A DNA stretch of 34,891 nucleotides from Tubiluchus corallicola (lineage: Eukaryota > Animalia > Priapulida), in assembly GCA_030141605.1 (NCBI GenBank), contig JAQGDQ010001554.1, positions 1 to 34,891 of the forward strand, in the 5' to 3' direction. Positions 11,339 through 24,629 of this stretch are shown here, in pieces. The notes under the pieces were generated by a model. It ran no database searches. It saw only the letters and a program-made list of their open reading frames with translations, and was not told the DNA's origin. The stretch's first letter is position 1; each line of letters begins with the position of its first letter. The translations under genes and the position numbers were made by a program.

Positions 11339-11660
11339 AATTAACTTTAAATTGTTATGCGGTTCGATAAATTCATCGTAGGCATCGACATACTTGGTGA
11401 ACATTCAACGTCTTGCACCGCCGGAACGTATTGTGGTCGTAAGTCGACGATTAGCTGCAAAAGGAACTAACAAAAATACGATTTCACAGAATAGTCATAT
11501 TATGCATATGGGAAAGTGAAGTGTGTTGAGACTTCGATTAGAAGTGACTTGACGCTTGTTTCTCAAGACAGTGTTGTACATTTCCAGGACAGTCTCAATA
11601 CTGTCAAGTGTTGTTTTAACTTTTTTATTTATTTGCAAAAACAATTTCAACCAGTCTTTA

Positions 11661-12335
11661 AGCACAAGAACCCCCTCCCCCCCCACTTACATAAAGTTTA
11701 AAAATTCGCCTTGAAATTTTATACCACTTACCTACCACCTTTTCGCATGCATGGCTTGCATCGACCGTAATGCTGTATAAAACATGTAAATTCAAACTCC
11801 CGCGATGACCGTTAGACGCAGCCATTTTAATGGTAGGTCGTTTGAAACAAGTTTTGATAACATTAAGTAAAGTTTGAAAAAATAATGAGAGCATTCGTAG
11901 CATACATGTTGCTAATTAAGTAAAATTTCAAAATTACTGTATCTTGTCAATAAGATTAAAAAACATTTTCGGTTAGTGAGTGGTGCACCCTGGTGGGTGA
12001 GTAAGCGACATTTTACCAATTGGCACGAACATTTTAAATTATTAGTCTAGTTACATAAGTCTTTCCAGTAAGTAAGTGAAATGCTAAGTAATATAGATTT
12101 GTACGGAAGGTTTTTTGGGACATAATTTAACATTGCCTTTTCTTCCTCTGATTTACGTGGCGTAGTGACGTCATGCAATGGCGTCGTCGGAACAGTATTG
12201 CGGGAGATTTAAAATGAAAACAAACGAGAATTCCTTTCAACACGAATACGATATTCGCATAAAATTGCTGTAAAGTAGCAATATTTTTTAAGGCGATTTT
12301 TATGAAACCTACTTCAGGTGCCCATTTTTTGTCTT
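11661..12335 (+). mobile_element. Kolobok/T2-type MITE family C, full length
   Basis: agcacaagaa ... tttttgtctt|ttaa; colinear with 19267-19937. Confidence 0.8.
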
Positions 12336-12626
12336 TTAACGTAATAAAAACGCTTTTCCAAAAATGAATTCTAAACTGAGCAGACTTTGGCTGCTGTAGG
12401 AAAATTTTGCACCGGTTGCGCTGAGGGAAAAATGACACGTGTTGCTACGCGCGTGTCCACTGAGTGATTGTGGACAAGTTGTGTACATAAAGAAATGAAC
12501 GATTTTGTTTTGAAGTCAAATTCTGTTTTTGTTCATCACATTCATCACGTCAGTATATATGAACAATTGAACAACCTGTATGGTAAAGAAAGTTCGATGC
12601 TTGTAGTTTTTTTACAATTCTATTAA

Positions 12627-12800
12627 AGGAAAACAGGATGATTTTTTATATCCTACTCCATTTTGTTGTAGGCTAAAAGTGCACATTTTAACATCCATAA
12701 TAATGTCAAAGCGTTTCTGATAATTAAATAATGAATTATAAAGCTAATTAATGGCGAGCGAGCCCAACTATTGATGACGTCACAAACTAACATAATTTTT
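12627..12800 (-). mobile_element. MITE family B terminal fragment
   Basis: ttaa|aggaaaacaggatgattttt.. through gcccaactattgatgacgtcacaaactaacataatttt. Confidence 0.75.
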
Positions 12801-12850
12801 GCGTTTTGGCTTCAAGAGAATTCCAGATACCGCAATCCAGGGATTAATAA

Positions 12851-13310
12851 AGAAAGACAGGATGATTTTTCATATACTACCCAATTTTCAAGTACGATAA
12901 AAAAGTATGCATTTTAACACCAATAATACTGTAAAAGCGTTTGTGATTATTAAATAATAAATTAAAAACTTAATTAACGGTGCGCGAGCCAAAGTAGTGA
13001 TGACATCACAAACTAACATAATTTTCAACAGCAAAAATATTCCACGAGCGCGTTGTGCGTGTTTGTGAAAGCGAAAATTGAAGTACAGTGCAACTGTACA
13101 GCTCTCAACGCATGAACTCTTGAACGTGTGCGTTACGTCACAACTGAGCAACACCTGAATTGAGAATAACAGCGCCTGTTTTTTGTGAAACATGTTTTTC
13201 AGGTATAGGCGCTAATGGCCATCTAACTAGCGAATGTCGAAATGCGAACTAGCTGTGCGAACGCGAATTTTCAATCCATGCGCAATAATTCTTTCACGTA
13301 ATTTTTTATA
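12851..13310 (-). mobile_element. MITE family B, truncated
   Basis: Reverse-complement homology to 18560-19090. Confidence 0.75.
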
Positions 13311-13426
13311 AATATAAACAATAATGCACGAACATTCTACCTTGTGTTTTTTGTGAAAGATTATAGGCTAGGTTGGCCCAGTTTGGGCTACGTTCCTACT
13401 ATAGTAGTAATTTTAATGCAAAAAAT

Positions 13427-14051
13427 CCCACCAGACCTACACAATTCATAAACATCAGCTGGCGTATGCTATAGACAATTTGTAGAAACGTGATTGTAGT
13501 ATGATCAGCAAAGCACGAACATTCTACATAGTGCGCAGAAAAAAGATATGAAAATAATCAAGTCATATAAAGTGACGTTGTTTCGCCTTCGGTAACCGGA
13601 AATGCGCATTGTTTAGTGTTTTCACAAAAATGGCGGCGCGGAGTAATTTATTAATTGTTTTCTACGGAAATAGTTCGCTCATAATTTTTTGAAACGTGGT
13701 TCCCACCAGACGTACACAATTGATAAACATCAGTTGGCGTATGCTATAGACAATTTGTAGAAACGTGATTGTAGTATGATCAGCAAAGCACGAACATTCT
13801 ACATAGTGCGCAGAAAAAAGATATGAAAATATCACGTCATATGAAGTGACGTTGTTTCGCCTTCGGTAACCGGAAATGCGCATTGTTTAGTGTTTTCACA
13901 AAAATGACCGCGCGGAGTAATTTATTAATTGTTTTCTACGGAAATAGTTCGCTGCCGCTCATAATTTTTTGAAACGTGGTTCCCACCAGACGTACACAAT
14001 TGATAAACATCAGCTGGCGTATGCTATAGACAATTTGTAGAAACTTGATTG
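13427..14051. repeat. ~275-280-bp tandem duplication, 2.3 copies
   Basis: cccaccagac.tacacaatt.ataaacatcag at 13427, 13702 and 13982. Confidence 0.93.
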
Positions 14052-15139
14052 CTCCATGAATGATTGAGAGGTATTGTAGCACGTCCATCTCACCAGCAAT
14101 AGACAACCTCGGATTGATAACACTGCAATTTTCGCTTACAATGAAGACGTGGCTTCCCTCGTGAAAAGGGAAGTACTGTTGTTGGTTGGTTGGCTTCTAT
14201 AGATATCGTTAGACAAGTGCACATTACGGAAATGAGCAGGCAGAAGCAGTAGAAAGGGAAGCTGTCCCGCCCCCCTTCATTACTCACTTGCTTATTTTCC
14301 TGGTTTGTCCAGTAATAAAATTGAGTTTCAATCTGTGACGGTGGTCGTTTGCAAAATACAATAATCAACGTTAATCATATCACAGGGGTCTTACTTATTA
14401 ATCATACAATATTGCCCCATGAAATAACAATGGCATTTTTATACAGTTCGCCTAACTGCAACCCGTCGTCCTTAATCTATTTAGCGGCAGCGGGACCGAA
14501 ACCTAATTCACTATCAAACAAAAAACATGTTTTTTGGCACTAATAAATAAATGTCCTATATATATATATATATATATCCATAATGAGGCACTGAACCAGC
14601 AGAGGTGTTTTGGTCACGTTTGGGTAACTAGTTTGCACTTTTTAACGAGGCAAACAGCAAGAAGTTGCATGGTAGTTTTCTAGGAGATCATCCATCTGTG
14701 TACTAATCAGAATCGATGTTGCTCAACTTCTGTTGCTATATGCTCACATTCTTGGTTATGAGAAAGGTTCGGGCCCCGCCACACTTGTCTACATTAAGAG
14801 TAGACCACTTCCACCTTCTAAGGATTTTTCATTATTAATTATTTTTTATTAATTAACACGCCTATCTAATTGCTACACAAATGCTAATTCTACACTTCGT
14901 CTATCACTTACATTTCCATACAATTTACTGATTTTTATTCAGTTCTCATGTGTATTTAAAAAAATTAAGCTACCAGATGGCGCAAAAATCAGCCGAAGTT
15001 TTGTTCCGATATTATACGAAGAAACTGAATCATTTCACATTAATCTTACAGACACTTTTGTACATCAGCAATTTTAGGTCTTTCCTTTAGGTTTTTCTAA
15101 AGACGCAGATCTTTCAAAACAAGAAGTGTTTTGTGCCCA

Positions 15140-15633
15140 ATAATAAATTAAAAACTTAATTAACGTGGGCGAGCCGAATTAATGATGACATCACAAACTA
15201 ACATAATTTTCAACAGCAAAAATATTCCACGAGCGTCTTGCACGTGTTTGCGAGAGCGAAAAAAATTGCAGTACTAAAACTAAGCAAGTTTTAAGACAAA
15301 AATTTAAATTTCAAATTTAACGCCGTACTTACGCATGAGCTCTGTAGTTCGTCACAAACTAACACATCTGAACTGAGAAATACAGCACCTGTCTTTGTGC
15401 AATGCGTTTCTGAAATGTAGGCGCTAGTGCCCGTCTAACTAGCGAATGGCGAAATGTATGTAACAGCGAAGAACTAGTGGCGGAAATTATGTTTGTGTGG
15501 TGATAATTGTTTCACGTAAATCATTTTTGAAAAAAAATAGAATGTTTCCTTTCAATATTTGAAAGACTAAACTGTTTTGACCTACAGTTTAAGATTTTTG
15601 ACATACAGTTTAAGATTGGGTCCGTTTTCGCTT
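15140..15633 (-). mobile_element. MITE family B, truncated
   Basis: Reverse-complement homology to 18463-18990; ends attgggtccgttttcgctt|ttaa. Confidence 0.75.
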
Positions 15634-16137
15634 TTAAGTCACATTTTTCTCGTTAACAAATCTTCATCATTGTTTTATTTGATCTGAACTGATTGATTTC
15701 TTTCTTGTTTTGCTACACAGGCAAAAAAACATCACCCAACAACTTGTGAGGAAAGAATTGTGTAATGGGGTGCTGTAGTCTAGACTTCGCCACGTTTTTT
15801 CTGCACCATGTATATCATTTGCTTGTCTTCTATACGTTAGGCACTACCTCTCTCTCGACATATTTTGCACAAAATCAAGAGAAAAGTTTATTAAGATTAT
15901 AATTATAGATTTTCACTTCAAAAAGATCTGAAATGAAGATATATCAAGCGCAAAATGTGAGCTTGTCATCTAGAGACGCTTGTGAAATGGACGTCTAGCT
16001 TTGAACATGCAAGATGTGCGAACTTGCTATTTATTAACAGTTTACATGAAGCAGTAAAGTTTGCAATTACATTATCTAGCTGACAAAAGAACAGTGAAAG
16101 TGTCTCAGTGAAATTTTATTAATATTACACCAATTCT

Positions 16138-16478
16138 GAGAGAGAGAGAGAATGGGAGAGAGAGAGACAATGGGAGAGAGAGAGAGAGAGAAGGGGAGAG
16201 AGAGAATGGGAGAGAGAGGAGAGAGAGAGAGAGAGAGGGGAGAGAGAGAGAGAGAGAATGGGAGAGAGAGAGACAATGGGAGAGAGAGAGAGAGAGAAGG
16301 GGAGAGAGAGAATGGGAGAGAGAGGAGAGAGAGAGAGAGAGGGGGGGAGAGAGAGAGAGAATGGGAGAGAGAGAGAGAAGGGGAGAGAGAGAGAATGGGA
16401 GAGAGAGGGGAGAGAGAGAGAGAGAGGGGAGAGAGAGAGAGAGAGATTAAGAAAGAAAGAAAAAGGGAAAGAGAGAAA
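16138..16478. repeat. GA-rich microsatellite with an internal ~106-bp higher-order duplication
   Basis: The same aatggg/acaatggg/aagggg interruption pattern starts at 16151 and at 16257. Confidence 0.9.
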
Positions 16479-16744
16479 CAAATGTTAAATGTTAAATGTT
16501 AACATGTTTAATGTCAAAACAAATTCAAAATAATCCTCATATATTACTTAGGTCTGCCGTTGGCCCTTTCTACTGATCTCGACTTTTATTGCACGTAATA
16601 AATAAAAGACAAATTTAAAAAAATTGCTATTTTTAGAAATACAGGTGTGGATAAGTTTTTCTCTCCTCAAAGGGACCTTTTTTCTGAAAAATGGGTTGTA
16701 TTTCGTTTAGTGCTTTTCTTAATATGTGGAGAATGAACAGAAAC

Positions 16745-17377
<633 letters not shown>

Positions 17378-17730
17378 TCCTTTACCTTGCCTGAACACTC
17401 AGCCTGCTAAGAATTGAATAAAGTAAAAATGATGCAACCACTTTATAAGATGCTGTGCAAAGTGCAATATCATAGCCTTTGTACACACTTAAGTGCATTA
17501 AACAGTCGAGTCTTATTTCAACAAAATCAGCAATAAGCCGTCTCGTTTACGTCGTTTATTAGTCTTGTGCATACCAAATAATGGCTCTGCATTTGAGTAT
17601 AGGAAAAGAAGCCAGCGTATAGTACGAATTCTAGCTTAGTGGAAAGCTTTGAATTAAATTGACTTTACAGTGATGGGCTGGGACAAAATGTAACAAATGC
17701 ATTAAAAAGCCGAGAGGTCGATAGATTGGC

Positions 17731-17947
<217 letters not shown>

Positions 17948-17967
17948 TGAGGACAAGAGAAGGAAGA

Positions 17968-18400
17968 ACACTCATTTTGGAGTAAGAACACGTACCTTAG
18001 ATACTCATTTTGTGCAATGAATTACTCAGTTTTAGCAACAGAATTCCTTTTTTCGAGCATCAAGGTACTCATTTTAAGCACCAAAGACCTAACAAACTTG
18101 AGCAAGTGTTTTAGCAGCTTAGCATCGACATTATTACAGAGTTATGTTACTTAGTATTGGTAGCAAGTTACTTTTTTGGCAATGAATTACTCAGTTTTCG
18201 CTCTAGGGTACTCATTTGAGCACAAGGTTGCAATGCTATGCTACAAAGCTACTCAATTTAAGTGCTACGTTACCAGAATTAAACAGAAAGGCCTTCGTTA
18301 TCAGTAAAAACTTTAAGCAGCAACTTGCTCAGTTTTCCATTAGTGTACTCAACTACGAATGAAGTACTCATTTTGAACTTCAAGTTACACAATTTAATCA
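17968..18400. repeat. Old degenerate internally repetitive tract ((t)actca(t/g)tttt sub-repeats)
   Basis: Repeated tactcatttt/tactcagtttt motifs; gcaatgaattactcagtttt occurs twice. Confidence 0.5.
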
Positions 18401-18462
18401 TTAAATAAATCGAATATTGCGAGACGCCCACAAATTATAGGTGTTCCAGTTTTTTAACTTAA

Positions 18463-19090
18463 AGCAAAACCGAACCCAATCTTAAACTGTAAGTCAAGAC
18501 ATTCTACTCTTTAAAATATTGAAGGGAAACATACTACTTTTTCAAAAAATTTTCAATTTACGTGAAAGAATTATTACCACACAAACACAACTTCATGTTC
18601 GCGTCACTAGTTCTTCACTGTTACATGCATTTCGCCATTCGCTTCTTAGATGGGCATTAGCGCCTGCATTTCGGAAACGCATTGCACAAAATACAGGTGT
18701 TGTACCACTCAGTTGAGATGTGTTAACTTGAGGCAAACTACATAATATCGGCAGCTCATGCGTGAGCAGAGCGGTAAATTTGAAATTTGAGTTTTTATCT
18801 TAAAACTTGCCTAGTTTTAGTTCAACACACGGAATATCTTACAGTAGCACCGCACTTCAATTTTCTCTTTCGCAAACACGTGCAACACGCTCGTGTAATA
18901 TTTTTGAGGTTTAAAATTATGTTAGCTTGTGATGTCGTCAATAGTTGAGCTCGCCCGCCATTAATTAAGATTTGAATCTACTATTTAATTATCAGAAACG
19001 CTTTTGCAGTATTATTGGTGTTTTAAAAAATGTTTACTTTTTATCGGACTTGAAAATGGGTTAGTATATGAAAAATCATTCTGCCTTCTT
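18463..19090 (+). mobile_element. Kolobok/T2-type MITE family B, full length (628 bp)
   Basis: ttaa|agcaaaaccgaa ... ttctgccttctt|ttaa, with TTAA on both sides. Confidence 0.85.
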
Positions 19091-19266
19091 TTAACTTTCT
19101 AAAGCACTCTTTTCTAAAATTAGTGCAGTTTAAACGTTGGCATATTTTTTGTGCCACCCGGTACATAGTTATAGTGATGTAGAATATTTTTGCACCATTC
19201 GTGCCATCGAAATGCAGGTCTGTCTACCGCTAGTAATATATGAAAAATCATTCTGTCGTCCTTTAA

Positions 19267-19937
19267 AGCACAAGAAAACCCTCCACTTACATAAAGCTTA
19301 AAAAATTCGTCTCGAAATTTTATACCACTTACATACTACCTTTTCGCATGCATGGCTTGTGTCGGCAGTAACGCTGTATAAAACGTGAAAATTTAAACTC
19401 CCACGATGACCGTTAGACGCAGCCATTTTAGTGGTAGGTCGTTTGAAGCAAGTTTAGATAACATTAAGTAAAGTTTGAAAAAATAATCAGAGCATTCGCA
19501 GCATACATCTTGCTAATTAAGAAAGATTTTAAATTACTGTATCTTGTCAGTAAGATTAAAAATACGTTTTTGGTTAGTGAGTGGCGCACCCTGGAGGGTG
19601 AGTCAGCGACATTTTACCAATTGGCACAAACATTTTAAATTATTTGTCTAGTTACATAAATCTTTCCAGCAGGTAAATGAAATGCTAAGTAATATAGATT
19701 TGCACAGAAAGTTTTTTGGGACATAATTTAACATTTCGTTTTCTTCCGCTGATTTACGTGACGTAGTGACGTCATGTAATGGCGCCGTCGGAACAGTATT
19801 ACTTGAGATTTAAAATGAAAACAAACGAAAATTCTTTCCAACGCGAGTACGATATACGCATAAAACTGCTGTCAAGTAGTATAATTTTTTAAAGCGAGGT
19901 TTCTGAAACCTACTTCAGGTGCCCCTTTTCTTGTCCT
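19267..19937 (+). mobile_element. Kolobok/T2-type MITE family C, full length (671 bp)
   Basis: ttaa|agcacaagaaaa ... ttttcttgtcct|ttaa: 12-bp TIR with 1 mismatch and TTAA TSD. Confidence 0.85.
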
Positions 19938-20404
19938 TTAAGTACGCAGTAATTCATGTGGAACGGTTCATGTACAGCCTAAGAAACAGTAAAACAGCGC
20001 AAACGTATGTCTGTAATGTTTGTTATTACTGCGGCTGTACTTGGCTGAAAATACCAAGGATATTTTCCTAATACCTTTAATAATACAAATTTACCGCCCG
20101 GTCAAAAAAGCTTCCTACTTACAAACATTTTAACGAACTAGCTTCTCAAGATCATCTTGCTTCACAGCAAGCAAAGTGGGAACGTATTTTTAGACTTAGT
20201 GATGTCGACGTTGCGTGGGAACAATTTAAAATAATAATAAATTTCATTTTCTAGAATCTAGGTATCAGTAATAACACGTGCCTAAAATAACTTGATTTGT
20301 TGAACGATGCCATCAACCCTGGATAATTCCTGATATGCCATCAACCCTGGATAGTTCCTGATATTCTTAACTTAATCAATGACAGATTAAGCATATTGGA
20401 CTAG

Positions 20405-20530
20405 TCATTTAGCATGTTGGGTTTATTTTACTGTTAGCACTTAAACTTAGAAAAATATAACGATGAAATTTGCAAAAAAACTGTTCATAAACCATAAAGT
20501 TAATTTATGCTACAGTTATGTAGAAATTCT
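20405..20530 (+). mobile_element. MITE family A fragment inside the LINE remnant
   Basis: agcatgttgggtttattttactgttagcacttaaacttagaaaa..gaaatttgcaaa matches the family A left end. Confidence 0.7.
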
Positions 20531-20739
20531 AGGATACCATTACAAGAGCTATGAGTCCTGTTTACCTGTTTGAAAAAACTTACGTAATTTGAAAAAATGT
20601 TAATGATTTTAAAATATTTGCGTCACTTGGTAAAACGTCACTGGATCGCCATCCCAAAGTGCACCAGCGGCTCACGATGAAAACATTATTAATGATTAAA
20701 AAACAAAATTAACCAAAGAATTAGTAGTACATTCTGGGT

Positions 20740-20828
20740 TAACTAAAGGAAAGTTTAAATTACATTATTGTTGTTAATATAGCGTTTTACTTTATATTGT
20801 AAAGTAATTTAAACTTATGCTTTAGTTA
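20740..20828. repeat. ~90-bp AT-rich hairpin (imperfect inverted repeat)
   Basis: taactaaagg.aagtttaaattac pairs with gtaatttaaactt.tgctttagtta. Confidence 0.7.
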
Positions 20829-21235
20829 GCGCTGCGTTATTCTTTGATTATTTTTTAAAACTTTATGTTTCAAAACTTCTTTAAACTTGTTTCAGGTGAC
20901 ATATCACTAACATGACAGGAGGATAACTTACTTACAAGTGTCATACAGCGATACTGCTAACGCAAGGTCTTTATGCATTAAGACAGCATCGTGATGAAAC
21001 AAAACTTCAAGACGAAAGAATTCTTTAGACCTTATTTATGAAGAGTGTTTTCTTACGCTTCAACAGTACATTGCTTTTAAATATACTTGGTGTGGCGGTA
21101 TCAATGGGCACGTATATGAGCCTAAACCAACTAACGTAGGCATCCCTCAAGGTTCTGCATTAGGGCCTCTGCTTTTTCTTGTACATGTATTTATTAATGA
21201 TTTGCGAATTGATTTGTAAAATTCTAATGTATTTA

Positions 21236-21479
21236 CGTGGTTGGCATCCTTCCGTCTCGGAAGACAATGGAGTGTGCGCCAAGAGAGTCAGTTATTGATC
21301 ACATTGATGGAGCTGCAGCGTCGACTGCGGCTGAGCAATCCGATCCCTGAACCACTAGAATGGCCTCTCCAGGGTGCACGCCTGGGCAAGGTGTATGGAG
21401 ATCTTGAGTTGCCCAGACCGCAGGAACCCCCTCTCTTCCTCCCTGGTGTAGTCCAAAGGAAGGTTGGCTGCCGGCACCA
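21236..21479 (-). mobile_element. 244-bp GC-rich RTE-derived short retroposon with TATTTA target duplication
   Basis: TATTTA at 21230-21235 and 21480-21485; excision restores the RT peptide NSNVFMYTDDMAI. The minus strand reads IGLLSRSRRC (like the RTE C-terminal IGLxSHxRxC) and ends in the stem-loop tcttccgagacggaagga. Confidence 0.75.
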
Positions 21480-22014
21480 TATTTATGTACACTGATGACA
21501 TGGCTATCATTGCTATCATGGAAAATCAGATCCTACAAGTATTCTCTTTAGAACCAGTTTATTTTCAAACTATTATTGATAATTTGTGTCTTAACACTTA
21601 GCAAAGTGAAAAGCATGGTCTTTGGTTCCAAGTAAAAATTGGCCATTGCACCTGAATTTAAAAATAATTTGCATAATTTCCGATTTCTTGTGTAAAATCA
21701 TTCAAATACCTGGGCGTGGCACTTCATTCTTTACCAAATTATCACAACGGCCATATTTAATGCATTTGCGGTAAAATAACCAGTAAATAAGGACTGTTAA
21801 AGGAAGATTTATTCCATTGCTGATTTATAATAGTATATATTACAAGTAATTAAAGACATTCTAAAACCGCTAGCGGTAGACAGACCTGCATTTCATTGGC
21901 GCGAGTGGTGCAAAAATATTCTACATCATTGTAACTATGTACCGGGTGGCACAAAAAAATTGTGCCGAAGTTTAAACTGCAATAATTTTAGAAGAGAGTA
22001 CTTTAGAAAGTTAA

Positions 22015-22455
22015 GAGAAGACAGAATGATTTTTCATATACTACTCCATTTTCAAGTCCGATAAAAAGTATGAATTTTAACACAATTAATACTGCAAAAG
22101 CGTTTCTCATAATAAAATAATAGATTAAAACCTTAATTAACGGCGGACGAGCCCAACTATTGATGACATCACAAACTAACATAATTTTCAATAGCACAAA
22201 CCTTTCACGAGCGTGTTGCACGTGTTTGCGAAAGCAAAAATTGATGTACTGTGCTACAGTAAGATATTCAGTGTGTTGTACTAAAACTAGGCAAGTTTTA
22301 AGATAAAAATTCAAATTTCAAATTTACCGCTGTACTCACGCATGAGTTGTCGAACGTGTGTAGTTCGTCACAAACTAACACATCTAAACTGAGAGGTACA
22401 GCTTCTGTTTTTTGTGCAGTGCAATGCGTTCCCGAAATGCAGGCGTTATTGCCAT
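22015..22455 (-). mobile_element. MITE family B, truncated
   Basis: ttaa|gagaagacagaatgatttttcatatact..; reverse complement of 18650-19090. Confidence 0.8.
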
Positions 22456-22960
22456 TTTTAAAAAGCTACTAAAATGCCCGTTCGAAAAGATAGGCCTACA
22501 ATCGTTCTAGTGTATAACTTTAATGATTTAATTTAATTTCATTCCATGTTTATGTGCGCTTACATCAACTTGTGTCAATACTGTATTTGTTGTATTTTGT
22601 AACACGTAGTTATTGTATTTTGCACTTTGTGCAATTTGTCTTTTACACGTAGTTTATTTTACGTTAGTTTGAAGGCTTGTTTTTATTGACTGGTGTTTTT
22701 ATTTACTTCGTTTTCATCGTAAGTCAACATGAACTTGTAAACAAGTGCACTATACTTAAGTCGTATTGATGTAAAATTTTTAAATAAATAAAATTAAATA
22801 AATAAACAACTGATAACACAGTCAAGTGTTTTTGTGTAAATAACCGTGTTACATTCACCAAAATCTATTCTTTGTATCTAATGAAATGTCTTCAATGTCT
22901 TTTCCATAGTATAATAATTGGGGGGGGGGGACGTATTATTACCTTTTTGAGCCTGTAGGC

Positions 22961-23395
22961 CAGGGTTGTGCAAATTATCTGACTAGCCGGGCCACATTAA
23001 ACTTTCCCGCAATTCCTGTGGGCCACATGCAGTTTGGTCAAGGAGCCAAGTACAGTAGGACCTGATGACGATTTTTTTGCATCTGATTTGCGCACACCAT
23101 TACTACTGCACTACTACACTCAATAAACTATTTTAGAAATTATTAAAATTTGTATTATAAACCAAATATTTCGTCATGTCCGACGGTGACATTAAGTGAC
23201 AACGGTCTTGTAAGGGTTAATGCCATCCGATCTAGCGGAAAAAACTACCCGCACTATCTTTGCGATATTGGCGCAGACTTCAGCTGGATCGCGTGGGCCG
23301 CACTTTCATTACGGTGACAAAACTCCTCGCGGGCCGCACGAGATCTCTCGGCGGGCCGCAAGTGGCCCGCTGGCGGCAGTTTGCACACCCCCCTG
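22961..23395. mobile_element. Non-autonomous hAT (Charlie-like) element, 435 bp
   Basis: TIRs cagggttgtgcaaa / tttgcacacccccctg; perfect 8-bp TSD CTGTAGGC (22953-22960, 23396-23403); subterminal gggcc(a/g)ca repeats. Confidence 0.9.
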
Positions 23396-23860
23396 CTGTA
23401 GGCTAAGGCAATGTTTGCCTCCCTCGGATGGCGCCGCCCTCTAACTCCGGGTTGGATGTTTTTTACTCGTGATATATTTTAGTGACATTTACGTAGCTTG
23501 AAGTAAACTTATTGGAAACTCTTTAAATAAACCAAAACAGCTCCCTTTTGTTCGTCAAAAAATATTGTTTTAGATACACTTTCTATTTTACTATTTATTT
23601 GTAAACTAAATTAGAAGGTTTTTCAACACAAGCATAGTGAAAAAACTGATTTTTTACTAAATATTACCAAAATATGAGACCCCCAAGCTTAAGGGCTCCT
23701 ATCATAGAATATAGGATAATCAGGCTTTGTTGATAACAAACAGAAAGGCAAGTGGAAAAGTCAATTTTGAAAACATATTTATTGAAACAACGACCTTTTG
23801 GTCATCTTCGGACTATAAAAACTGTTTAGCAGCAGCTTCATATTCAACTTATTGCATTAA

Positions 23861-23930
23861 AGCAAAACTGAACCCAATCTTAATCTGTATGTTAAAACAA
23901 TCTACTCTGTAAAATCTCGAAAAGAAACAT
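23861..23930 (+). mobile_element. MITE family B left-end fragment
   Basis: ttaa|agcaaaactgaacccaatcttaa..aatctactct. Confidence 0.7.
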
Positions 23931-24629
23931 GGTGGCGAGTGCTGTATCTATGAGTATGGGCATCTGGCAATAGAGTGTGGATTTTTTTTATTAGGATTTT
24001 GGTAAGAACAACTTTTTAGAAGAATTTTCGCGACGGTTAAATAAAGGTTCATTGATCTGTTAAACCCTTTTCTGCGTTTGCGATTAAGCTCAATTCTCTT
24101 TGACTTAGGAAAGAATTAGACTCCATTTTGCTTTAATGAAAACTCTAGCTTCAATAAAACCGGCTACAATACCCAGACTAGCAGAGTTGCGACCCATACA
24201 AGCCGCTTGCAAACAGCATGTATGTAGCATCTGGTTTTTGGATTTATTATTAGAAAAACAAGCGATAAACAAGTTTACAACTCTACCTTGAAACTTTAAG
24301 AACCCAGGGCTCCAGTTAACGCAAAAGCGAGGTTTTCTCTTACTTTGGCAGATGGATGAAATTTATTTTTATAGTGAGTCAGTGATAGATTTTGATTTTA
24401 TAGATGCACCTGTTATATGGAACTACTTTCAGACTTGCTGCTTTCAGTATATAGTTCTGTAGAATTTTCCTGTTTATGTCTGTTTAGCTAAATACCTATA
24501 AAATACCAAGCAAAGCCAGACATTACTGCAATAAATTTCCAAAGACTTTCTCACTCTTTACTGTATATTTTTGCTGTTTACACTTGAACAATAAAGGAAT
24601 GACCCAAAAACATGTTACAAAGAAATTAA

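Larger units (their letters stand above)
20085..21830 (+). pseudogene. Decayed LINE (CR1/L2-like) ORF2: endonuclease and reverse transcriptase remnants
   Basis: Ordered broken motifs: YRP (~20092), DVDVAWEQFK (~20201), QPWI (~20313), GIPQGSALGPLLF..FINDL (~21139-21204), MYTDD (~21485), KSMVFG, VKSFKYLGV (~21692). Many frameshifts and insertions. Confidence 0.85.

Noticed and set aside
12888-13193. Recurring short ORF family (KIMLVCDV-like; also 22003-22314 and 24626-24859)
   Set aside because: Similarity comes from MITE family B DNA; frames, starts and stops are not conserved among copies.
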